Source: a virus
IMG/VR virus record: IMGVR_UViG_3300025131_000006
Direction: 5' to 3' (one strand)
Length of the DNA stretch: 64,000 bases
The notes under the pieces are model-generated. The model worked only from the letters and a program-made list of their open reading frames with translations, was not told the DNA's origin and made no database searches. The position numbers and the translations under genes are program-made. Positions 57,601 to 64,000 of the stretch are shown here, piece by piece; within the stretch, counting starts at the first letter, position 1; every line of letters begins with the position of its first letter.

Positions 57601-60570
57601 AGTGTAAAGACATCGGTAGTTGCGTCCCACTTGGGGTCTTCTGTAAAGGGTGTTTCCCCGCTGATCTCCGAGCTTCAAGCAGCCCATGCGGAAGGGAGTC
57701 AGTCGTTTAATGCCAGCGTTGACGAGGTTCACAAGAAGGTTGTTCATATTCGAGGGATGGTGGAGTCGGGTCAGCTTTACGCCGATATTTGGAAAGAGCT
57801 TGAGGATCTGCGAGAGCATGTGCTCAGCTTGTCGGGTGAGGTCCAACACGAGTTGGAAGATTCGTACGACTTCCTGTGGACGACAGAGGGCTTGAAAGGA
57901 AAGCTGAAGCAGTGGAAGGGGCAAACCTCGTACGGGACGCATGAATATGTCGATCTCGTGCATATGGGCTTCAATGGTGTCCTGAAAGACATGTCGAAGG
58001 CGAAGGCTCTTCAGTACATCAAAGACAACGTGACGTGCGAGTATCACTCGGAGGAAGAGGCTCTCAAGATCGTGGGAGACTCGTACGATGCGACGGCAGC
58101 GACGTTTTTGAATGTCCAAGCCAAGCTCGATTATTTGAAAGACTTGATCGAGTCGGAGTCAGACAACGCGGATATTTGGGCAGCGGCTGAAGTGCTGTTT
58201 ATGGAGCTTTCTTCGACAGGGTTGTTTAAGCACCCGGCGTTCGAGGAGATGAAGACGTGGAAGAAAATCTCGAAGTTTGTGAAAGAGGGCATCGAGGAAG
58301 CAGCGAAGTCGCCTACGGACAGTCCGCAAATTCCTGGGTACAAGTATGATGCTCTTTACCCCATGGGCTTGGGTGTCAACACTACAGTCTTCGGCACGGT
58401 AAAGAAGGAGAACCCCTACGTTAAGCTTGTGAGCGGTAGCGATACCACAAGCCACGAGGTGTGGGCAGAGGGGATTGATACAAAAGGGAACCCTGCGTAC
58501 ATCCATGTGGGAACAATGGTTCCTGACGAAACATACCCCGATTTGATGCATTGCTTTACTCCTGCGGGGAATGAGATCAAGTCAAAGGGCAAGATACCCA
58601 AGGGCCTCAAGTGGGGAGGGAACTTGCTTGTTTGGTTCAAGGTGAACGTTACCGAGCCAAAAGAAGAGTTCACCGATGGCGCCGAGGAGGAGTATCAAGC
58701 GTTCTGGGGAGCGACGCCCTTGGGTATAATGACGGGCAAAGGTACACCGAGCGACGCACCGGAGCCAGGGTCTGAGTCTGAGTCGGGCGAGAGTTCAGTG
58801 ACTGAACCGTCGGATGCTGCTCCGGATAGTTCTGATTCTGATGCAGAGCCAAAACCAGGTAGCCCGGACACAGCATCCGAGACGAGTGCTCCAGCACCGA
58901 CGCCCAAGAAGAAAAGCATCTTGCAGGGCAAGAAGGCGGTGAAGCATGGGACATTGGTGACAGGTGGCCAAGTTGCCAAGAAAAAGAACAAAGAGACAGG
59001 CGGGTGGCACATTGTTGCGGAAGCCCAACATGGGAACAAGACCGTCGCAAAGGTGATTGGCTCGATCCACAAGAAGGGGAGCAAGTGGTACGCGGATAAT
59101 TCGCCGGAGATAGGAGGCTTCAAGACAGCGGGTGCGTTGATTGAGGTGATGCAGAACAAGGCGTTGGATGTCCAAAACAACCCGCCTGCTCCTCCGGTGT
59201 CAGAGCAGACACCCCAAGACAAGGTGTCTCAGCTTATATCAGAGTTGAAGACCGTCCTCGATGCTGGCGATATGTCGGATGATGTGATCTCCACATTCTT
59301 TTACAAGATCGAGCAATTGGCGGCCAATAATTACGGTTTGATGCATGATGGCCAGCCTGTGACCAATAAGCCGTTCTTGTATCAGTTGGTGATGGATGCG
59401 GGAACTGCGGGCAACTTAGACAATGCCGAAGGATGGAAGGTCTGGTCTGAGCACAAGAATAAAGACATCAACGCAGCCGTGTCAAAGCCCAAGGCTCCTG
59501 CCGATGTCTGGATGGCTATTCAGAAGGAGACCAACGCAGCCGCGTACAAGAAGCAACAGGCCGAAGTGGCGGATAAGTACAAGGCCCATGGCCACCTCAT
59601 CGAATCCCCACCGGCTATGGGTGGGTTTGGAGCACTCCAGCAAGACAACACATATGCAGATGGGTCAGTTGGGGCTATTCGTGCGATCCACGATCATGTT
59701 CGAGAGAAGTACAACCTCGGCAGCATCTCAGCGAAGCATCACAACAAGCGAAAAGATGTCATCGCAGCGTTGTTCCCGGCGGAAAACTCCACGGTGAGTA
59801 GCTGCGCGGCGACTTGGACGACGACATCAAACCCCATCGGGTACGGTGGGAGCTTGAACAATAACGTAATGTTTCGGTTCTTCTCGATCGCTATGGGCTT
59901 GCGGAACTTAGAGGAGGAGATCAGCAAGCTCAAGGATATTTATGGGATGAAACCGCAGCACGAGCAGCGGTTTCGCCAGGAGTACGCAGAATTTGTCGAT
60001 CCCTCTCACAGCAGGTTCCGCCAGTTCGAGTGTTTGTTGTTACGTCATGTGGTCTGGCGAGATGCCGTGATGGCAAATGGCGGAGAGGGAGTAGATACGG
60101 CAACGGGCACGCTTCACCTCTTCCGAGGCATGGGCAAACTCTCGAAGGATTATGTTGATGGTCTGAGAGAAGGAAACTTGGGTCAGACTTCGGCTGCAAG
60201 TTGGTCTACCGTAAAGAGCGTTGCCAACAGCTTCAGCGGCGGGGGCTTTGGAAGCTCTAGCTATTCGGTAGTGTTTGAGGCCGATAGTGTTCCGATTGAG
60301 CACTGTCTCTTGGGTAAACACACAGAAGGAATTGGGTTCGGCAGCGAGAAAGAGGTGATTGTTGGAACAGCCCACAAGTCGAAGACCGTTCATGTTTACG
60401 TGAAGCCACCAGGGATGGATAAAGAAACAGTGATGCAGGAGAGGAACCTCCCCGGTGGTACTGTTGTAACGCACAAGTCTCTTGCTCGCGGCGGATTTAT
60501 CTTGGGCGTGGTGAAGAATTCGGGCTTCCGGACTATTTCGAAGAGCCGGTATGGATCGGCGTACGATTAG
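54622..60570 (+). CDS. large polyvalent protein: 2x HKY module + HipA/PI3K-like kinase + C-terminal ADP-ribosyltransferase
   Basis: Duplicated HKY.KRE..YRYWYKLP..GAKFRHG module; MVKP..AEVAG..GDSDAH..IDLG; LFRGM..AASWS..SEKEVIV. Confidence 0.78.
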   Translation: MELVCIECLSGGFGLFVKGAGHKYIKRELVSTSPRKYRYWYKLPRGALVHDDAVHVGAKFRHGSGDDRGHYHVDEVHDDGSVSVTHDETGHTTKVSAHKLKDMIHTGDHDLGESPQEKGERVLQSYQQALQTGTDKQISLRLHDLMEHVAAYPQESVSLGYALAQADPGVKEAMLSLAHGGVSTFKTHKSTKKRGKKGEKTKHGGAHVEVTLEHRSYGKIVEDSAKQLEQLDESAIVQEIQEKTGATEDEAKQAFLAVKNSLAKKQNSSNEGASYLEPFTIDGESVPGVFVYSGSNESKKGTLYVRGLIENEDVLDPGFGPAPKSAKPGKVLARAQAVMRSKLDIGRVRQYTLTPSALYEWSHAPATGADFKEVDGGAADQDSLASQADSGSKSSVTKQSHKESSDLANSQVAEESPDELDESLPSGSEGLQYEGAKKGGQYPGAIVSHPDFPDKQFMVKPGRDFLVHAEVAGTNLAARVLGDDVAKARHIDVGGAPQSIGKGQQHASIQEMRENDGDLVSNRYDSHMIRNLPQELKQDVLRHQVATWLVGDSDAHAGQFLRGTDGSLIRIDLGQAYKHIGNDRLDPSWQPNNPPPVVSHLLVGDYAKGQGELDFTDPRIKEAVERAESITDDEVAQAVQPYADGLEKSGIRSAKETIAKAVARKNGIRSDFEQYFSKALSQRHGKPMTFSFEDGISEGGVSKGFGVWSKSGTPVEDADDSTEAPTRFHGAKLFYIEPLMEEPKGFGALTKGSKHKYVKREVRIGPDGKKRYRYWYKLPKGHIVTDDSLHIGAKFRHGKDEERGHFHIESINPDGTMNVRHDETGEFKKVTLDNLRGMIHTGSHDIGENPASKLQRLLESLHLALQHGTKKQYNKLYEHVMEHVEAFPHIAFEGNEPVTSDHVQDKMADVYSAGKLSEHLDDHEHLSDEVKYQGFFAEAKALAEKYHDALVEKAREAGAKGSSYTYWIINEAIFKKLNKEQSALFEKYKDAPKSVKTSVVASHLGSSVKGVSPLISELQAAHAEGSQSFNASVDEVHKKVVHIRGMVESGQLYADIWKELEDLREHVLSLSGEVQHELEDSYDFLWTTEGLKGKLKQWKGQTSYGTHEYVDLVHMGFNGVLKDMSKAKALQYIKDNVTCEYHSEEEALKIVGDSYDATAATFLNVQAKLDYLKDLIESESDNADIWAAAEVLFMELSSTGLFKHPAFEEMKTWKKISKFVKEGIEEAAKSPTDSPQIPGYKYDALYPMGLGVNTTVFGTVKKENPYVKLVSGSDTTSHEVWAEGIDTKGNPAYIHVGTMVPDETYPDLMHCFTPAGNEIKSKGKIPKGLKWGGNLLVWFKVNVTEPKEEFTDGAEEEYQAFWGATPLGIMTGKGTPSDAPEPGSESESGESSVTEPSDAAPDSSDSDAEPKPGSPDTASETSAPAPTPKKKSILQGKKAVKHGTLVTGGQVAKKKNKETGGWHIVAEAQHGNKTVAKVIGSIHKKGSKWYADNSPEIGGFKTAGALIEVMQNKALDVQNNPPAPPVSEQTPQDKVSQLISELKTVLDAGDMSDDVISTFFYKIEQLAANNYGLMHDGQPVTNKPFLYQLVMDAGTAGNLDNAEGWKVWSEHKNKDINAAVSKPKAPADVWMAIQKETNAAAYKKQQAEVADKYKAHGHLIESPPAMGGFGALQQDNTYADGSVGAIRAIHDHVREKYNLGSISAKHHNKRKDVIAALFPAENSTVSSCAATWTTTSNPIGYGGSLNNNVMFRFFSIAMGLRNLEEEISKLKDIYGMKPQHEQRFRQEYAEFVDPSHSRFRQFECLLLRHVVWRDAVMANGGEGVDTATGTLHLFRGMGKLSKDYVDGLREGNLGQTSAASWSTVKSVANSFSGGGFGSSSYSVVFEADSVPIEHCLLGKHTEGIGFGSEKEVIVGTAHKSKTVHVYVKPPGMDKETVMQERNLPGGTVVTHKSLARGGFILGVVKNSGFRTISKSRYGSAYD
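55802..55816. repeat. 15-bp palindrome site 18
   Basis: GTTCAGTCACCAAAC, in CDS linker (SSVTKQ). Confidence 0.75.
58793..58807. repeat. 15-bp palindrome site 19
   Basis: GTTCAGTGACTGAAC, in CDS linker (SSVTEP). Confidence 0.9.
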
Positions 60571-60634
60571 GCGGATTCATGGTTTATATTATCCGTATGT
60601 CAATGTGAAATAATACACAAGGAGAAAAAAAACC

Positions 60635-60814
60635 ATGGCAAAGAAACACAAAGTGCCTGCTGAGTTGGCTGCGTTGGGGTTCGAGCACATTCGCTCTGTG
60701 AGTTCAGGCGAGGTCTCGTCGGAGAAAGAGGTGATGATGGAGGTGTTGGCTCCGCAAGATAGGGAGGATGACGCGGAGGACAACGCGGAGGACAGTGCGA
60801 AGCCGGAAGAATAG
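60635..60814 (+). CDS. small acidic protein (59 aa)
   Basis: AAGGAG SD; MAKKHKVP..; not in ORF track. Confidence 0.6.
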   Translation: MAKKHKVPAELAALGFEHIRSVSSGEVSSEKEVMMEVLAPQDREDDAEDNAEDSAKPEE

Positions 60815-60818
60815 TCCA

Positions 60819-61055
60819 ATGCGAGTAATCAGGTTCTATGAGTGTTGCTACTCGGACTGTTGCTCGGAGTGGAAGGTGTCCGGACCATTTAGGTATGGCC
60901 CGTACGGCGAGTCTATGTGCCCTGTCTGTGAAAGGCATGGATATATGGTGTCGTCATCGATATTAGAACCTGATGCCGCCAGCGTGAGAAGAGGCGTTTT
61001 TTTTGCTGTGGCTATTGCCATGTTGGCGATGGGGGCGGCGTATATCGCCTTGTGA
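60819..61055 (+). CDS. small zinc-binding membrane protein
   Basis: CCYSDC..CPVC + C-terminal TM. Confidence 0.5.
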   Translation: MRVIRFYECCYSDCCSEWKVSGPFRYGPYGESMCPVCERHGYMVSSSILEPDAASVRRGVFFAVAIAMLAMGAAYIAL

Positions 61056-61062
61056 ACATCAG

Positions 61063-61077
61063 GTTTAGTGACTGAAC
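61063..61077. repeat. 15-bp palindrome site 20
   Basis: GTTTAGTGACTGAAC, intergenic. Confidence 0.9.
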
Positions 61078-61107
61078 TTGGAGTGTGTCTCCTCCAAGGA
61101 GGTTTTC

Positions 61108-61641
61108 GTGCAATCTTCTTTGTTTGACCTCCCTCCACCTCCGTCTGATGACAACTGCGAGTGGTACACTCCAGGGTTTATCGTCGAGGGGGCTCGTGCA
61201 ACATTGGGAGCGATTGACTTGGACCCTGCTTCCTGCGACGCGGCGAATCGGGTAGTGAAAGCAAGATCAATCTATACAGTGGAGTCGAACGGGTTGGCCC
61301 AAATGTGGTCAGGCCGGGTGTGGATGAATCCGCCATACGGGAGAGAGTTGGTCGAACAGTTTACTGAAAAGCTTGTGTCTCATTTTCTTGCGGGAGATGT
61401 GACGAGTGCCTTGTGCTTGACGAACAATTGCACAGAGACAGATTGGTGGGGCCATATAGCCTTCCACGCAGCCTGTGTGTTGTTCCCTAGTAGGCGGATT
61501 CCATTTTGGGGTCCATTGGCGGCAAAGAACGGGCCTCGCCAAGGACAGACATTGTTTCTATTAACGGAAGACCTGGAGATCATGAGAAGGTTTCAGAAAT
61601 CCTTTGAGGGGTTGGGTTGTATCGCGAGAGTAATTGCATGA
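61108..61641 (+). CDS. phage DNA N6-adenine methyltransferase (Dam-like)
   Basis: EWYTP, IDLDPAS, VWMNPPYG, T.WW motifs. Confidence 0.85.
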   Translation: MQSSLFDLPPPPSDDNCEWYTPGFIVEGARATLGAIDLDPASCDAANRVVKARSIYTVESNGLAQMWSGRVWMNPPYGRELVEQFTEKLVSHFLAGDVTSALCLTNNCTETDWWGHIAFHAACVLFPSRRIPFWGPLAAKNGPRQGQTLFLLTEDLEIMRRFQKSFEGLGCIARVIA

Positions 61642-61859
61642 CGTATACAGACGAAGAGAAGGAAGAGTACCGGTATGAGATCTATAAGGGCGGATGGGAG
61701 GGCTACCGAGCCAAGCTTGTTAAGGGGAAGAACTTTGGTTTTGTCAGGCCAATGATCGTGCTGACGGAGCAGGGGCCTCGGCGACTTGGAATACCGCGAA
61801 ACTGCGTGAGAGAGGACAGGGAGTTTTGGGGGAAGGGGCATCCAGGGCAAGATTTGTGA
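61638..61859 (+). CDS. hypothetical protein
   Basis: ATGA overlap. Confidence 0.5.
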   Translation: MTYTDEEKEEYRYEIYKGGWEGYRAKLVKGKNFGFVRPMIVLTEQGPRRLGIPRNCVREDREFWGKGHPGQDL

Positions 61860-61988
61860 TGCCGTGGTGGGGGATTGCGGCAACCGCAGCGAGGACGTAT
61901 AAATAAAAGACCAGATGTCTTGGGCCAGCACCATCTCAGAATGTGGTGACTTATATCGGGGGCTTGGGGGCATCTGGTCTTTTATGCT

Positions 61989-62828
61989 GTGGAGAACAAT
62001 ATGCCATTCCGAGACAGTGCTTTTGGGGTTGATTGGGATTTTGGTTTGGCCGACGCGATGGTGGGCGAGCGCGGCGATGTTGTTGTCCACGAGATCGGAG
62101 TCCGGTGCCCATGTGTGCGGGTACACCCCAGTGAGGGCTCTGTCGGCCAGCCCAAGGCAAACTGTAAGCGGTGCCGTGGTAGATCTATTTTTTACGTCGA
62201 GCCGGTGCGTCTCGTGGGTTTGGTGACGAGCATGAGTGCGAATGCGCTGTGGTCGTCAGTGGGTTGGGTGTCGCCGGGAGACATGTTGTTCTCGCCAGGG
62301 GCTCGTGCTCGCCGCATGAGCAACGGAGATCGGATCACAGCGACGGCTCCAATGCCTTTCGAGGGGCAAGTGATCTTGCGCGGGGTGGACTCCGTCTTTT
62401 CTCCACGCACAGACGATCTTTTGGCGAATGAGGATCTCTTGTATTGGGAGTCCGGTTATCGCCAGGCAGTTTGGTTGGAAGACGAGGATGACAATGTATA
62501 CCGTGCAGGCGAGTATGTATTGGACGGTCGCCGAATCAAGTGGACCGATGGATGTGGCCCGGCAGTCGGGAAAAAGTATGGTGTGAAGTACGAGGCATTT
62601 TTTGAATACATCGTGTGGATTCCCCCAGCCGAGCGTTGGGACATGGCCCGCGAGTTGGGCCAACGTGTGATGTTGCGACGCTCTGTGGTGGAGGTTAATC
62701 CAGGGATGCACCCAATTATTGAGCCGTGGGCAGAGCGGGTGGAGGGGAATCCTTTCCAGGGGTACGAGAACCCCTATTCGTTGTATACTGATGAGCCATT
62801 GTCCAAGCCCACGAAACCGCAGCGGTAG
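61989..62828 (+). CDS. putative neck/head-closure protein
   Basis: RCPC..CKRCRG..Y and GDRIT motifs resemble Twort-like neck proteins. Confidence 0.68.
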   Translation: MENNMPFRDSAFGVDWDFGLADAMVGERGDVVVHEIGVRCPCVRVHPSEGSVGQPKANCKRCRGRSIFYVEPVRLVGLVTSMSANALWSSVGWVSPGDMLFSPGARARRMSNGDRITATAPMPFEGQVILRGVDSVFSPRTDDLLANEDLLYWESGYRQAVWLEDEDDNVYRAGEYVLDGRRIKWTDGCGPAVGKKYGVKYEAFFEYIVWIPPAERWDMARELGQRVMLRRSVVEVNPGMHPIIEPWAERVEGNPFQGYENPYSLYTDEPLSKPTKPQR

Positions 62829-62834
62829 ATCGCG

Positions 62835-63269
62835 ATGTTCAAGTCCATAGGCGAGAGTTTAGAGCGAGAGCTTGGGAAGATGTTGCAGCATTGGGGAGGG
62901 GAACTGCAAGGTCTTCAGGAGATCGAAGTGGAGCAGGACGATTCTGTGGAGGAAGCAGGTCTACAGGATTCGAGCCTTAATCGAATGACAGAGCGGGCAC
63001 CGGGGATGCAGGACTTCTTGCGCTTGACGGGTCCACCGCAGACCCCGATGGGCTTCAATCAGGGCGTGTACACCCCCAGAGCCTTCCCAGGTGCTCCTCC
63101 GTTGCTTCCAAGTGGTCCTTGGGGTATGCAGCCAGTTGTTCCGCAGCAGCAGCCCTTTGCGTATGGTTCGGCACCGGAGTCTGGTGTGGAAGCGGATGGT
63201 GTCGATAAAGAGAAGATGGAAGAGGCCGTGGTCGGTGTGATGGAGCGCGTGCTCCAAAGGATTTTATAA
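62835..63269 (+). CDS. hypothetical (neck-region) protein
   Basis: 144 aa in structural operon. Confidence 0.55.
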   Translation: MFKSIGESLERELGKMLQHWGGELQGLQEIEVEQDDSVEEAGLQDSSLNRMTERAPGMQDFLRLTGPPQTPMGFNQGVYTPRAFPGAPPLLPSGPWGMQPVVPQQQPFAYGSAPESGVEADGVDKEKMEEAVVGVMERVLQRIL

Positions 63270-64000
63270 TGGCATTGCCAGAGACCGTGATTGAATGGGC
63301 CTGTCGTCGGGCGTGGGAGTTCTTGGAGAGGTATCCTCGAACGATGGGGTATTTTGCCGAGGAGATGTCGCCGACGCAGCAAGAAGAGTACAAGGAGATC
63401 TTGCGAAACCAGAAACTCAGTAATAGCGTGGTTTTCTTGAATCCTGTGGGAGGCACCCCCATGCTCCCTATTACGGTGATCTCCCCACAGAACGACGTGG
63501 AAGACGTACAGTTTGTGGGAGATGAGGCGGACGATTACATTCCCCCGGAAGAGTTGCCGTTTCCCCCGGTGGCACCGGACGACTACCGAGACGGCGAGGC
63601 GTATTACGGGATATTGAGCGGTCTGACGACAAAGCCGCAGTTTATCCCCCGTGGGGGAGACGCCAGTTCTGACGTGACGAGGCACCACGACAAGGTGGAG
63701 TTGCATCGTGGCATCCAGCGGTATTGGGGAGACGAGCAACGGGAGAAGGTCGGATTCACGCAAAAGGTCTTCAACGCACTCAAGGCGTATATTGGTGCAC
63801 GGGCTGTGATCGACCGGGTGACTGTGAGTATCAGTGTGAAGGCGATTAACGGTGAGCAGGCCAATACGTTTGCCCGGATATTGCGCTCTGTGCTCCGGCA
63901 GTGGTCCGAGTGGTTCCACGTGAACGGTATCCAGAATCCAATTTTCTCAATGGGTCCTTTGTACGTGGATGCTGACTTGCAGCCAGCAGCAGGTGGAAGC
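63269..64000 (+). CDS. partial CDS, possible tail-completion protein
   Basis: TAATG-coupled MALPETVIEW..; appears open to the window end; follows neck genes. Confidence 0.55.
   Translation, partial: MALPETVIEWACRRAWEFLERYPRTMGYFAEEMSPTQQEEYKEILRNQKLSNSVVFLNPVGGTPMLPITVISPQNDVEDVQFVGDEADDYIPPEELPFPPVAPDDYRDGEAYYGILSGLTTKPQFIPRGGDASSDVTRHHDKVELHRGIQRYWGDEQREKVGFTQKVFNALKAYIGARAVIDRVTVSISVKAINGEQANTFARILRSVLRQWSEWFHVNGIQNPIFSMGPLYVDADLQPAAGGS

Noticed and set aside
60719-60740. SEKEV in the small ORF echoing the upstream ART catalytic SEKEV
   Set aside because: A five-residue match is too short to distinguish from chance.
920-61077. Palindrome repeats as a CRISPR array or REP/IS ends
   Set aside because: Copies are 15 bp and kilobases apart, with no spacer periodicity, cas genes or transposase.
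1-64000. Genome-wide stop-codon reassignment suggested by the suppressor tRNA
   Set aside because: TAA, TAG and TGA all terminate well-supported genes, and ORFs are long under the standard code.

Overview
This window is part of a large, probably jumbo, tailed dsDNA phage genome with a Herelleviridae/Twort-like morphogenesis module. On the + strand it runs: intein-containing portal, prohead protease, scaffold, major capsid protein, then neck and tail-completion genes. Very large multi-enzyme ('polyvalent') proteins sit between these genes. Together they carry ADP-ribosyltransferase x4, HipA/PI3K-like kinase x2, Ser/Thr kinase, GNAT x2, HExxH/LPD1-like x2, Nudix and pyrophosphatase domains. They share a recurring G-F-G-[VL]-x-x-K|[SGA] peptide at domain borders, a candidate head-targeting and protease-maturation signal. 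A 15-bp palindrome (GTTYAGTNACTRAAC) recurs 20 times, about every 3 kb and including inside genes; one copy lies just upstream of a ParB-like gene. An RNA cluster at 27.0-30.7 kb holds five ordinary tRNAs, an ochre (UUA) suppressor tRNA, a tmRNA with a 34-codon tag and five tRNA shells with expanded, shrunken or abnormal anticodon arms. A nearby PTH2-like gene has an in-frame UAA at codon 7. Two minus-strand islands of small genes (including pncB) are headed by repeated promoter-like/stem-loop cassettes. All calls come from reading motifs by eye; no database searches were run.
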